Shown here in pieces: positions 50,031-64,000 of a stretch of 64,000 bases of DNA. Each line of letters opens with the position of its first letter. The stretch's first letter is position 1. The notes beneath the pieces were generated by a model. That model searched no databases. It was given only the letters and a program-made list of their open reading frames with translations, and was not told the DNA's origin. The stretch is from Trichoplax adhaerens (taxonomy: Eukaryota; Animalia; Placozoa). The position numbers and the translations under genes were made by a program. Location of the stretch: contig NW_002060959.1 of assembly GCF_000150275.1 (NCBI RefSeq), positions 432,371 to 496,370 of the forward strand. The letters are read 5' to 3'.

Positions 50031-50817
50031 AAAAAGATTTGGCAATCGTAGTCAATTGAACAATTTGCACTCCTCTTCTCAATCTTGGCACTTGAAAATG
50101 GCAATGCCTTGCGATTTCAAAAATCTCTTCTAGCCGATTATTGTAGTAGCAGTAAGACTAAGTAGAAAACAAGAACTAAAATATTAATTAACCACTACCC
50201 TATCCAGGCAATAATCATGGCGATGGTGTTGCTGCTTTGCTATCCACTTTCACCATTTTTGCAGATTTTTAACTGTAGGATTGACGGATAAGATCGATTT
50301 TGTTATTTACCTTCCCTACAGTCCATGGCGCTTGCGTACTGTAGGTAAAGTATTGTAGTCGCCATAGCGTGTCAGTCATTTACAGTCCATGGTATTTCGC
50401 CTACAGTATTGTACTGTAGGGGAGGAAATGCAAAGCATCGAGGATGCGCAGTACCTCTCCCAGTCGAACGAATCGTGCTGACTGACGCTGGTACTGTACT
50501 CGATTGGACTGCTCGAATAAAGCTTTTACTATAGAATCGTTCCAGCGTGGCTCGGATCCTATAGGCAAACGAAAATAAGCCGGCTGTCCGGTGTCCAGTG
50601 TCCACCCACAGTTTGACACGTCGCACATTCCAGACGCCTAGGCGACGTCGCTGTGGTCCAAGTCTTAGTGCGGTACACAGGTTACACTAGCGGTTATAGT
50701 CTATAGACGCTGTACTGTATTGCACTGTACAGTCCGCTCTGCGCATGGGGAGAAGTCTAGCCATAATCAGGATGATAATGAACAGGACATCGGAAGGAAG
50801 GAAGATCCTCTTAATGG

Positions 50818-51071
50818 AGCTACTAGTGCATCGGGTACACATCCATTGCAAGATGTCGTAATAATAGTGATTATTACTAGGACATGCTGATCTACAGAAG
50901 TAATGATAGCTATGATTACTAGGACCTGGTCGTTAGGTCATCTGTAGCTACTAGTGCATCGGGTACACATCCATTGCAAGATGTCGTAATAATAGTGATT
51001 ATTACTAGGACATGCTGATCTACAGAAGTAATGATAGCTATGATTACTAGGACCTGGTCGTTAGGTCATCT
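50818..51071. repeat. Perfect tandem duplication, 126-bp units, period 128
   Basis: agctactagtgcatcgggtacac...ggtcgttaggtcatct identical at 50818-50943 and 50946-51071. Confidence 0.95.
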
Positions 51072-51532
51072 CTCTGATTTCCTACATTTGTAGTGCAACA
51101 ATGGATTATCGTTCATAATCCATACGTATAACGTGACAAGATGAACACGCTTAATGACTATTTATGTTTACGTCCTCTCTACTGAAGTACTGCAACATCA
51201 ATGAATGAAAAATCCATCGATATAACGTGACAAGAAGAATCTGCTATATGATTATTTCATGGTTACGTACTCTCTACTCTCGCATTAGTATTATATTTCT
51301 TATTATATTTATTTTGATATCATAATATTTACAGTCATTTTAAAAAATACAGAAATTAAAAGTATGCCTTTATAAACCAGCCAATCAGCAGTATAGTAAT
51401 CACTTTTTCTGGTTAATATCGTAAGAAAGTCATCGATAATATAACCAGAAAAATAATGCAACTTACACGGCATAATCAATGAATCAACCAATTAATTTAG
51501 AATAAAGCTGCAAAATAATCAAATACTTTTCA

Positions 51533-54365
51533 TTATTTCACGGAATCGCTTCCCCGACGTTTACTATCATCTAAAAAGTTGCGTATTGCCTTCATGCGAT
51601 TCTCTTCCAGCAGTGAAGACATGAGGTGATTCAGGGATTCATTTCCGCTTAAAAAATCGTCTATACCATAAAGTGACATGTTTATGCGATGATCGGTAAT
51701 ACGGTCTTGCTGGTAGTTGTAAGTTCGAATACGCTCAGATCTTGCACCTGTGCCTATCTATAGTTAGGACATTGTAAGCTGAATGCAAATTTTACATGAG
51801 TCGTGCCAACTTTCTAGATACCTGTTGTCTACGAGCATGAACACGATCTGTCTGATTTTGTTGCCGTTGTTCATCAAATAGCTTTGCTTGTAGAATTTGT
51901 ATTGCTTTCGCTTTATTTCGATGTTGAGATTTTTCTTCTTGAACGGCCACAATCATTCCAGTTGGAATATGTGTAAGTCGCACCGCACTATCTGTCGTAT
52001 TAACATGTTGGCCCCCGGCTCTAATAATTGAATGTAATACCAATTTCACTTTACAATGTAACCGCAGTCACTCGCTTAATTGTAATGGAAATAAATGGCT
52101 ATTGTATTTTACCCTTGCGCACGGAAAGTATCAAATTTTATGTCATTCTTATTTATAACAATATCAATCTGAAACACATCAAAAGCAATCGAAGCAATAA
52201 GTGACCACCATACTTCTATCGATGATAAGATACAGTATAATAATATTAAGAATTAAGCAACAACAATGAAACATAATTATTTAAATATTTACCTCTTCCG
52301 GTTGGGGTAAAATAGCAACGGTAGCGGTGCTTGTATGCACTCTACCATCGCTTTCAGTAATCGGAACTCTCTGCACACGGTGAACTCCAGATTCTAACTA
52401 AAAGAGTGAATCAGCTCTTAGGATATATTAATTGATGATCGCTAAGCAGTAAATTGAACGCTGCTACGTAATATCAACATCTATAAATAGTCAGGGCTGT
52501 TACTTTCATTTCACCAAATACTCCAGCTCCAACAATGCTAGCAATCGCTTCCTAATAGTAGTCAAGTAAAATAAATAAAAGATGATACGCCTACTTATTG
52601 AGCCAATACAATTGTAGGTAGCATAAAATTGTTGACCTTAAAACCTCCAACTTCGTTTTCGTGAAAACTCAATGCTTCAAATTTCCAATTTCGATGGGAT
52701 GCATATCTAACATTGACAAACAGATAGTCAAATCGTAAGGTAACAGTATTTATTTAGACGAAACTAATTTAGATTGATGCCTAATGGAATTCATGAATCA
52801 AGGCTACAGGTCAGCTAGTTGTCCGGGACAAAACGTCTAATTGAATAAGTAGTATCCAACCAAAAACTACAAGAATTGCTTCCATATTACTTACCTTTTA
52901 TACATCTGGAATAAATCAGCAGCAAAAAGTGCTGCTTCAAGGCCACCAGTAGCAGCTCGTATCTCAATAATAGCATTACTATCGTCGGCTTCATCATTGA
53001 CAGCTAATTCCTTGATTGCTTCTTGCTAGAAATGATGACCATTCTAAAGCTCACTTACAGTATCTCAAAATAACAAGTTGAAACAAACTAGGGAGTAATT
53101 ATCTTACTTCCAGAGCATTAACTTCTGACATTAATTTATTGCGATCTTCCAAGGCGATTTCTCTCATTTCTTTTTCTTCGTTCGCTAACTGTTCTAACTC
53201 GTTGATTGCCTATAATTGAATATAAATCTACAGCTCATGATAGGCTATCTTTCAAGTTTCTAGCAGTTTAATTGCTCCTCATTAGTATCTTGGCATTATA
53301 TTATCAATGAACTAATATTTTGCTGATCATTAAAAGCCGCATTAGCATCATTAACCATGTCAACATCGATAAATATTGAAGCGGGCATAGAAGGTGAATC
53401 AAAACCTGTTTCTTTTCCTCGATAGTATCGGAAAGCTTTGCTAAGGGAGCGATTCTACGCAAATTTTTATAAATTTCTTTCCGTTCCAGAGTAGAAATGC
53501 TGGCCTAATTAAAATGATTATTTTTTCCAAGTTGTGCTATTAGAGTAAGCTATGTCTTGTCATTTATTAACTTTGCCTAATACAGTATATACTGAATGAA
53601 GTAGGCTTTAGAAAAGTTAGGTAACAATCCAAACGCATTGTATACTATGACAATAGTAAATGGCAACTCGTAGTCTTTCCTTGGTTACCTGGGCATTGAT
53701 ACGCTCTACTAGTTGTTTTTGCTGTTTACTTGCAAATTTTAATTCATCGGCTATAACTTCTTGCAATTGTTGATGCTGAGATAGCTTTTTGGCTAGAGAA
53801 ACATGCACAGCACGGTAGTTAGATAAATACTGTTATGTAGAAGGGAATTAAAATACGATCGAAATCTTTTATGACTACCATTTGATGGATATCAAAGACT
53901 ATACTATCACTTATAATTGTGACCAAAATGTCGTACAATTTTAGATGAACAAATTTGGTAGTTATTGAGATCAAGCCGTCTCCATTGTAATGTACAGGTG
54001 TTCGGGACGCCCTGTAGTTACAGTTAATACCATTTGTAGAGATTACCCTAACTGCTAAACATCTCAAGGCTATTAATATCTTGGTCATGGTAAGATCTCC
54101 TTTGCTATTGCTCATTATCCATGCATTAATCATTTAGCCATGGTTATTGTAGTTTATATGGCAGGAAGAACTTACAGTAGCAACGGGGAAATGATTGCAC
54201 AAGATATCTCGATTGCATTTTCATTGGTAGCCAGGTGGCCCAAGTCCATCCACCTCGGTACCAGACAGTACGCGTAGAATGAATAGCTTGCATTCTATCA
54301 GCAGTTGGTAATAATTCATGTTGCAACGTGTTGAGCACAACGGAGAGATTCCTTAATCTTGACAT
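51533..54365 (-). CDS. MTRF1L: Mitochondrial peptide chain release factor 1 (mtRF1a/MTRF1L-like), multi-exon
   Basis: Arg-rich presequence (MSRLRNLSV...), [44 protein letters not shown] (RF1 PxT motif), [35 protein letters not shown]; stop at 51533-51535. Confidence 0.9.
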
Positions 54366-55230
54366 TTCATTTCACCTGCAACCAATGTCATTGCATATAC
54401 AATGAGTGCATTAGTAAGTGATTCTAAAGTTTGTTCACTATCATTACGATAGCTGCCATGGCTGGCAGCTGCAAATGACATTAACAGACAGAGGTGCAAT
54501 CGAGTTAAGACATGAATCAACTTACAAGGATTCTCCAATTCTGTATCACTCAATCAATGGTTGAAGATGCATCATCCAAGTTCCTTTCTAATTTGTATAT
54601 TGATATCTGACTAGCAGTAAAACCAGACTTGTAATGGCGAGCTAATCCACTTGCCATTCACCAGAGAATCATTGCTGCAGCTGAGCTCAGCTACTACTTC
54701 TGTTTGAACAGGTGTTGTACAATTTGATTGAGGAGAATGTCTGAAGTAGTCCACTAACCCCTAATAGCAAGTGGTGATTTGCCTAGACAGTCTTCCGTAT
54801 ACGATCTACAGTACTGTATGGTACACTTTTAAGCAGATTTCTAGAATGTACAGTACTGTGCTTTACAGTGTAGAGTACTGTAGTGTACAGAAGATACACT
54901 GGGGAAGCTGTGTGTGACTTCGCTCTCATACAAGTATGAGAAACAAAAATAAAAGCCATAGTAAATTAGTATAAGGCAACTACCATTTGAGGTAGACAAC
55001 AGTAATGGAAACTGCCATCTCTTCCTTCGGCCTCGATCCTTTTTTTCACCATTTTTTAAACTGTCTTCTCCTTGACTGCGCACACTCGCTGCCCATGGTA
55101 TCATAGTAACCAGTAGCGCAGTAAAACCTTCTTTATCGCTAACGTATCCGTTGTCTTATAGCTTATCATTTTATTAAACTGGTAGATTTCCTCGGTTGGT
55201 TGTTCAATCCCGATTATATAATATTTCAAA
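54366..55230. promoter_or_regulatory. Divergent (bidirectional) promoter region between MTRF1L-like and ARL3
   Basis: Head-to-head start codons 865 bp apart; clustered TACAGTACTGT motifs (54807-54890) and an X-box-like GTATCATAGTAAC (55098-55110). Confidence 0.6.
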
Positions 55231-58200
55231 ATGGTAAATAATTTCAATTTCATTGCTGTACATGCTAATCAACGGTAGATTGAAGAACGGCTTAGTCATG
55301 ATAATATCAATGGGATAATTTGTTCTAAATCAGGAAAAAAGGATTGTTCATCAACGACCTAACGATTAAGTAGCCAAGTGGTCTATATGTATTTTTTATG
55401 TATATAATAACACTGACCTAATTATGATCTGTCATAATACATTCATACAACTTTATGTATCGTGACTTTACTTTGTATTTTATACTCGTATTTGTAGCGT
55501 TAGTAGTTTGTAGAATACCTTTCAGTCTATGTTGATTCATCGTATTCTTTCATCACGCAAAAACTTGACTCGTTTTCATAAGTCAATATCAGATAGCCAT
55601 ACTTAGGCATGTCAGTGGTAATAGGATGTATGTATGGAAAAATGAAAATTTTGCATAACGGCTCTATTTCTCATGACCAATATCATCGATAGGGACTGTT
55701 GGCATTAATTAAAAAGATGAAAAAGCAAAGCAACAAGGACTTGAGAATACTACTACTAGGATTGGATAATGCAGGAAAAACAACAATACTAAAAAAATTG
55801 GCTTCTGAAGACATTAACCATATCACACCAACACAGGTATAATATTACTGGACCTTTTAAGGAGTACACTAGACTTTTACTTCAGCTATGAAGTGAAGTA
55901 TCCTTCTTCTCCATGAATATTTCCTAACCAATTTACGTTAATGTTGTCAAATTTCATTGCTATTTCAATGCTAACGCAATCACTTGATCATAAATGTTTT
56001 TCCCGTGAGTATGGACCGCTGTTCGTACTATATCAAGGATTATACCTAGTTTTCATTATTTAGTAAAAATTTTTGCTTGTTATACTTATACTGACAAGTA
56101 AATATAATGTATTCGAAAAACTAAATTCATCCAATCTATCATCCGTCATTCTAGATTTTATCGTATTCCTTTCTACTTTATAGGGATTCAATATCAAAAC
56201 AGTACAGTCATCTGGATTTCGTTTAAATGTTTGGGATATTGGAGGTATGCTTCAATACTACAGTCCAATACTGTAGTACACCATTTGCTTAAAAGATATT
56301 ATCTCTGGATAATGTTCGATATACTCACTTAGTATGGCTGGCTAATGCGTAAACAATGATTTCAGGAACCCCCCAAAAAAAAATTGATTGAATCATAATG
56401 ATCCAACATTACTCGATACCATCATAAACGTTTTGATTATCATTAACTTAAGGCAATATTAGCAGTGTTGTACTATTTAATATATCAATACGTATCAAAT
56501 GAGAAACGATCAGTTACCCATACAACATTTAAATTTAGAAATTCGTTCACACCATCTTTCTTATTTCTATAATAATAATACAAATGTTACATATAACATT
56601 TAACCTTTGTAATGATTTCTAACCGTCAAATCTACGATTAATCTTAAGTCTAGTTTACTAACCCATTATTAGAAGTGTTTTTCACTTATTATCACGAAAC
56701 AATTTATAAGAGTAATCTTATTTATTGTATATGTGTCATCATATGAAAATTTGCGATTAAGTATACTAGTAATAGTAAAAATAGGATTTATATTATATGT
56801 ACATTAGACACTTAATTGTATCTTTACGTCGAAATATTCACTATGCATTGATAGAAAATTTATTATCGAGATGAAACTAATATTACACCCAAATTAATTT
56901 TCAGGCCAAAGAAAAATTCGGCCATACTGGCGTAATTATTTCGAAAATACCGATGTTCTGGTAATAGTTGCAGTCGAATTATTCACATATGTTCGATTGA
57001 TAAGTTTATTACTATTGTCTGTTGTCGTAAGCCCATCTTGAAGGCTTTTCAACGGAGATAGGACCGTAGTTCATTACAATATGTGTATACTCGTATGTAC
57101 ATATACCAAATTTTGAATATTGAGCTATTGCAATTGACAGCATAATATATCATTAATATTGTAATCCCTAATAGATCTATGTTATCGATAGCGCCGACCG
57201 CAAAAGATTCGATGAAACTGGCGAGGTATTAACTAATCAATTTGTAGAAATATCATATTCATTTGGCAATTGGTGAATTAATGTCCGTATATTAGGCGAT
57301 GCAATACCTAATGTTACCTTATTATTTTGGTTATTATTGTCTCTTATTCCTGTGTTATCCTTATATTTGATTGCAAATAATCAAATTTGGAGCCATCTTG
57401 ATATCTATAAATACATCTCTGTAGGATATACGATTTATGATACAAATGTCAGACATTTCTTTACTTTCTTTCAAAGCAGCCTTTGTTTTCATCCCCCTAA
57501 AATCAAGATAAAATACAATTCTACCCCTTTTAGCGTATTAAAGTAATTCCCCTGTTATGAAAGTAATATTTGTTTATTGATTTAATTCAAAATTATCATT
57601 TTAATTGCGTAAAAGACGCTCTTAGTAAATTTTAATTACGTACCATATGGATTTAATATTGTAGCTAAGACTATAGTTAAGTGTCGCTATAACAGTGGTT
57701 TATAAAGTTTATACTACCTACGGCACCAGTGCTGAATTAGTTCTATTTTTTATAGCATAAATATATCCTATAGTACATCAAATAGGAATAAATTTCAAGT
57801 TATCAATCTTATAGTTTCCAAGAATATTTTAGTCTACGCCGTTTACCGATTAATTCGTTAGACTCATATGATATCAGACCTTATTTTCATTTCTACTTGA
57901 GTTCAAAAATAGAAATACCCGTCATATATCTAAAACTAATATCAGAATCATTCAGAATTTAGGAAATATACAAATAGGACAGACACAAAGATTCACATTC
58001 AACATGCAAGAGTTATAATTCAAATACTGTATAAATGATTAAAATTAAATCCTAAACTATAAAACTCTGAGTATAAAACTGGTAATCTAGCTTCGGATTA
58101 TACACTCTAAGTACGCCTTAAATCTGTAATATTTTTGGGTGCATACCAAAGAAGATTAGTAATTAGGATTACAGTGATATGACTCCGATTGTCCGATATT

Positions 58201-60401
58201 TAGGGGATAGCTTTTTATTCTACTTCCAGCGAACTCACCAAAGTTTATAACAACTACAGGATGACATTTTGGTCTGCCATAAATACATCAATGCAGTAAA
58301 ATATAAAGCTCTTGAAATGATACACCTACAGTAGAATATGCTAACGCGATTGGCCACGATATCTATAATAATTACGTGGCATACATATTGCAAAATTAAT
58401 TGACATTGACGCAAACACTTTGATAACGTACTAGTATGGTACTAGGCAGGCAAAATGTGAGAATGTGTGTAGGCTTGAAAGGCCTCTCAGGGTGTCATAA
58501 AAAATTTCATTATGTTCCAATACAAATTTTTAACACCTTCAGCAATAGAAGTTTTCACTAGCGGTATAAAACATGCAATAGTTTCATTTTATTTTCTATA
58601 TCAGAGCACTTTTTAAAATAGCCTCTTTTAGCATTCTGAAGCGCCATTTTATTTGAATAATTCTCTTATTTTCTCTTATTTTAATTACTCTAAGCTACTT
58701 GTTCTCCCTACCATTACAATTTTTATTTGATTATCACTACAGTAATTAATAGAAGATACTTTTATAGTTTTACATATATATTATCTATGCAATCATTATG
58801 CATCATAATTATAGCAGGTATACTGCAGGCTGTAGTTACAGATGGAGTGTATTTGTAAAACACAATTATTCAAATTTATTTATTACAAAATAGACGAAGT
58901 TCAGTATCAAAAAAAACTTGCCAAGATTTGTAGTCTTAATCTGTAATATTATCTAGTTTCTTAAGACTGATTTTTTGTTCATTTCATAATTATTTGGTAC
59001 TATAATTAGCCCTACAGCATTACCACTATTGAATTGCTATTAGCTGGTATTTCGATGACGCCAAGAATATAAAGAAAACTAATTTCGATAGTTATGATCA
59101 ATTGTCTTAACTTAAAGATAACCTGTTTAATATTTAATGGCCATTGTTAATATTTTTACTTAAACTTATCATGTAGCAACTTGGCGACCTATTGGATGAA
59201 GATAAATTAGCTGGTATACCTGTCTTGGTATTTGCTAATAAACAAGATTTGTTAAGTGCTGCATCTGCATCTGAAATTGCTGAAAATCTTAATCTTCATA
59301 AAATTCGTGATCGTAAATGGCAAATACAAGCTTGCTCAGCGACAACAGGAGAGGGCATCTCGGTAAGTGCTTAATTCCGAAAGACGTTCACAAATCAGTA
59401 TTAAAATAAAGCTTTCATTACCTTATTTTGCAAACAAGATCGTATATCATAAAGTACGATATTTTGAGTTTGATTTCATTACAATCTCCGATAATTTCAT
59501 TACATTATTAATTATATCCGTTATAATTATATATATTCGTGTTTCTAAAATTTCACATCTGTTAGTTAATGCGTGCAAAAGATGAGGTATTTTATCGATT
59601 TATTGAATTGATAGTGCACTCTTAATTATAGATTAATCATTCTCATCATTATTATACAGTAATCGCACTGTATCGTACGTGACCACATACTACTTATAAA
59701 CTAAAGGCATTCCGTAATTAACCAGTTTTGATATATTGTTCTTATGCTCGTGAGTTCTTAAAAATCAATAAACCTATTTACTTATGCTGTGTCCTTCAGT
59801 ACGTACTTCACTCTCTGTGATCCTCAGCTAAGTCATTACAAAACATATTACACCATATACTAGTGCTCCAATTTTATAGACTGAAAAAGATCTCTATTAA
59901 CTTAAATCGTATAATAAGAAAGGTCTTTCTTAATCTCTATACTGCATCTCAAGATACTTCTTGCTAACGATAAAGTCTAAAATATAGTGTAGATTGTCTA
60001 CAAAATTTTAAATCCAACTGTTCTAAAGAACTTACCACAATCCGTAAAATATTTATGCAACCATACAAAACTACTCATAGAATCGTCACCTAATTCGCGA
60101 TAAGTATTAACTACTGTTTTACTATACTAGTATCTACATTTAGTTAACTATCAATAGTAACAACATCAGTGTCCAGCAATATTTTCATTTCTCAAGATAT
60201 ATACGTGTATGACCAATAAAATTTATTTCTCCACCAATTTAATTTAGAAAAGAAGCTTAATAAAAATATTAGGATTATTATGATGATGTAGTCAATTTTT
60301 ATTTTATAGCGCGCCTATGTTAGAAATAATAAATCTATTTGACAGTTATCATTGTCGCTTTATTTTAGCATGGTCTTGATTGGCTAAGTGCAAACGTTTA
60401 A
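55231..60401 (+). CDS. ARL3: ADP-ribosylation factor-like GTPase 3
   Basis: Exons: ATG only (55231-55233), 55693-55836 (GLLALIKK...[11 protein letters not shown]...LASED...ITPTQ), ~56184 (GFNIK...VWDIG), ~56906 ([17 protein letters not shown]), ~57175 ([12 protein letters not shown]), ~59177 (VFANKQDL...QACSA), 60369-60401 ([10 protein letters not shown]). Confidence 0.95.
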
Positions 60402-61857
60402 AATAACCAATAGCTGTCAACATTATCAAAGGTGAGAACTAGTGATAGTATAATCTTATTATAAATACAACTATTTCCTTATTTGTTGGTGTTGACACCA
60501 ATAAATCAGGTTACTGCTGGCCCACGATACATCATAATTTTATTTTATATTCTATTATATAGCCTTATAGATCCAACTCTCAATCCGTTGAAGCACTTCT
60601 TTATGATTGCCTCTTGTTTTGTACTCAATGGCTAAGAAAACTGTAATAATCTTATTATGATATAGTTCTATAATACCGCTATACGGTACGACTGTAATAA
60701 AATTGATATAATCGTAGCCTTTCGATATATACCGATATTACAACAGTTGACTCTATCGATGCAAACTTTCCAAACTACTAACTTTTGATTGCAATTTACA
60801 TTATGCTAGTGTTAATTCATTGTATAAGGGTACTTTTACAATGTTAAATCACGATGTTGGACTGTTATTTTAGGTATGTAATAAAATTAATCCTGTCAAT
60901 CGAATCTTGTTAATGTCTATCGATTGGCGTTTTACTTCTTGCTGCGTGTATGGTGGTAAAAACGTTGGTCAGTTGATCATTCGTGAAAGTATGATTTGTA
61001 TTAGCGAATACTCGTATCTTGGTTTAGATCTGATTTCGTAATATTGGTTTAATTAAAGTAACAGTTCCTTACTTTACAGCATTTTTACTGATTGTTTCTA
61101 TATGTCTCCAATTTAGACCTTTATTAACATCAATTACAAAATGTATTGATACATATAAGTGTAGTCGGGAAATATAGGTCGCGATATCTAGAACCTTATT
61201 GGTTTGAAAATAATAAGCAGGCGGTATGAAAGACTGCGTTTAATTTAACTGTAATTGTAGTTTATGAGGAACTATTAGAGTAAGGTTTACTACGTAGGGT
61301 AGTTACTACTGTATAGTTGTTCTCTGTCAACCTGTGACCGACTTAGATGGCATCAATTTTGTGGTCCATGGCAGAAAAGGTTTACCGGATTACATATAAT
61401 TAAGTTTATCGTGCATTGCTAGGTTAAAGTTCAATTGGTTTCATTTCTTACAAAGTTTATATCACTTTATTTCAAGGCTTTGTTATACTAGAACTGTCAA
61501 TGAATTGGCAAATAGTGCCTGCTTATTTTATATGCATATCATAGGGATGCTATTTAATTGAACAAAATGATATCTTTAACAGCATGGCCAACATTAGACA
61601 TCGATATTATAATTTTTTGAAGGATCACAATGTTGTTTATTACATATGCTAATATCTGATAACAAGTCCGTAAATAGGTGGTTAGTTTTGGCGAAAATGA
61701 TTAAATAAATTACAAGCATGAAATTACAAATTTTATAACATTAAAAAAATGACTTAAGAAGCCTACTAAGATATCAAGCAGCCACAACATCATAGCAGCT
61801 TTGTATCGATAGCTATTGAATAATACTCATTCAAAATCCGATTGATACATTAAAAAA

Positions 61858-63794
61858 TTATACTATAGGCATAATTTGTTCCGTCATAGCTTGCACAAAC
61901 TCAGTTGTGCTTGCATGGCCGCCCATGTCGATAGTTTTAATCTGTCAAGAAAGAATAATGTCAAGAAATGGAATGTATGTAGGTATCTGGCATACTCTTA
62001 GTATTACCTTTTTGTTTTTGATAACTTTCATTAAGCCGTTGTAAATTGCATCAGCATACGTATGTAAGCTAGAAATTAAATGCATCATAGTTTTAAGAAT
62101 TTGATATTCTATAATAATATACTTTCAACATGTACGCTATCGACAATGTATTAATTAGATAGTTTATCCAATTACTTCATGTGACGCAGCATTGCAACAG
62201 CACTGATGATAAAACCTGTAGGATTAGCAACATCTTTTCCTGCCCCATGGCCAAAGCTATGCCTAGCACCCTTGATACATCAAAGTAGCCAACTTTAGAA
62301 ATTATAGCCACAAATATAAATAGTGTCAATTGGAAATATTAACAACTAACTTGCTCGTAAAGAACATATTCACGGCCAATGCTGTATCCAGGGACAAACC
62401 CTGCTCCACCAATTAGGCCCGCACCCAGATTGCTTAAGATACTACCGTAAAGATTGGGTACCACCAATACTTTAAATTGATAAGGATTGATAACCATCTA
62501 CCAAAGTTATTTCAATATAGTAGTATATTAGGAAAAGTGTAGTAGCAACATTGAACAAATATTGGTCTAACCTGCATACATGCATTGTCTACAATCATTT
62601 CGGTAAACTCAATGGCAGGATATAATTCGGCAACCTCTCGACAGCATTGCAAAAATAGACCATCGGATAATTTCCTGTTGAGGAAATATTGGTATACAGT
62701 ACAATGTTAACCATGTAAAACCTTATGGTCAAATTAATGTACATCAATACAAACATTATATTGGCTTTATGAACTGCTGTCACTTTTGATAGCTTATTCT
62801 TCTGTGCATAATTGAAAGCAAATTGAGCAATCTTTAATGATTGTTTCCTAGTAATAATTTTAAGATTTTCAACAACTCCAGGGACCGTCTGATAAAAAAC
62901 ATGATTCAATTGATTAATAGCTAGTAGATGATCCTATTGATGGTTTTAAATGTACAATGGTTATTTACTTCATGCTCGAGGCCGGAAAATGCATCCTCTG
63001 TTTGTTCACGTATAATTGTAAAATCAATGTTACCATAACGTGTTTTAATACCAGGAATACTCTTGACGTTTACCACATTGGCAAAGAGTTCCAATTTATT
63101 AATAAGCCGCATGCCAACTGGTCTCTCTATTCCATGAACGGCAGTTTCTACAAAACCTGTTATTACATTATGCCGATAAAGGGTCAATTGATCAGTATTC
63201 TATTTTTCTTGAACATTGGTCAATAATTGCTATAGCGATATAAGCTGCAATAACAGCAGCACTAGCAGACGTAATCTATTTTGTATCGGCCATTTTGAAC
63301 TGAAAAGGTTACATTTTTTGGTACATCAAAATAATAATAATAATTTATCAAATGGACAGTTAGCAATTTTTAAAATATCGATATTATCAATTCTATTCAC
63401 TGGATATACGGGTATGATAAAGAGTTTGATAACCTTGCAAGCCAATCTTATTCTTTTGTACGGAATCGACAGCCTTATTAAGGGAATCACTTCCTCTTAG
63501 TCTTGATCCTGCTATATCACTATCAATGAGATTCGGATTATGTCGATATAATTGTTGATTATGATGTCGTACGATACAAGTGAGTTAGTACGAAGCCTCC
63601 ATTGACGTTAGTATAGCAATAATGAAGAACAGTAAGGCGCAGAGATCAAGTATGTACTGTATTATACGTTTTACTCATTCAAAAATCATGTTGGTCCTTT
63701 AAATCATTCATTTATAGAATTACAGCTTTTCGTTGGAATTACTTCTGCTTACCTAATTGGAACTTCTTCAAATTCAATCGGTGCATTAACATGA
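61858..63794 (-). CDS. IDH3B: NAD-dependent isocitrate dehydrogenase, non-catalytic subunit (beta-type); 5' end beyond the window
   Basis: [90 protein letters not shown] and GARH match beta rather than gamma; it lacks the alpha GDILSD. Confidence 0.85.
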
Positions 63795-64000
63795 CTAAAA
63801 AATGATGATGTCAAAAGTTTCAATTGAATTTACAAGCCATTGGTTTATTTATTTTATTGACAAAAGTACACGAGCGAGCAGCAAAGCAATCGATGGAGCG
63901 AGAGCCTGATATGAGGACAACAAAGTGGGTAAAATTGGTTCAACTATCCAAAAGCGTAATCAATTGAATTGACAAGCCACTAGTTTATTTCATTGAAAAT

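Noticed and set aside
50372-50628. GC-richer ORFs of 75-84 aa
   Set aside because: No recognisable domain; more simply explained as promoter sequence.
51792-52049. Bacterial prfA contamination or transfer
   Set aside because: The gene has spliceosomal introns and a mitochondrial presequence.

Overview
AT-rich eukaryotic (animal) genomic DNA with many short GT-AG introns. Gene content and style fit a compact early-branching metazoan genome such as a placozoan (Trichoplax-like); this is inferred, not verified. Left to right: (1) the 3' part of an adhesion GPCR gene (GAIN/GPS + 7TM) with a non-canonical GPS; (2) a ~22-kb cluster of intronless TPR genes sharing an N-terminal cap but carrying very different numbers of 42-aa repeats (5 ORFs, 3 decayed fragments, possible LRR remnants between them); (3) a ~21-kb minus-strand tandem array of PERK/EIF2AK3-derived sequence: one complete gene, one paralog with an eroded luminal sensor and a well-preserved kinase interrupted by a single, possibly spliced-out stop, and three remnants, two of which share an inverted kinase-insert exon; (4) a housekeeping block with mitochondrial release factor (MTRF1L-like) head-to-head with ARL3, then the 3' part of IDH3B. 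The best candidate for an undescribed system is the TPR array plus eIF2-alpha-kinase array, which looks like a birth-and-death stress/immunity locus. All exon models were read by eye.
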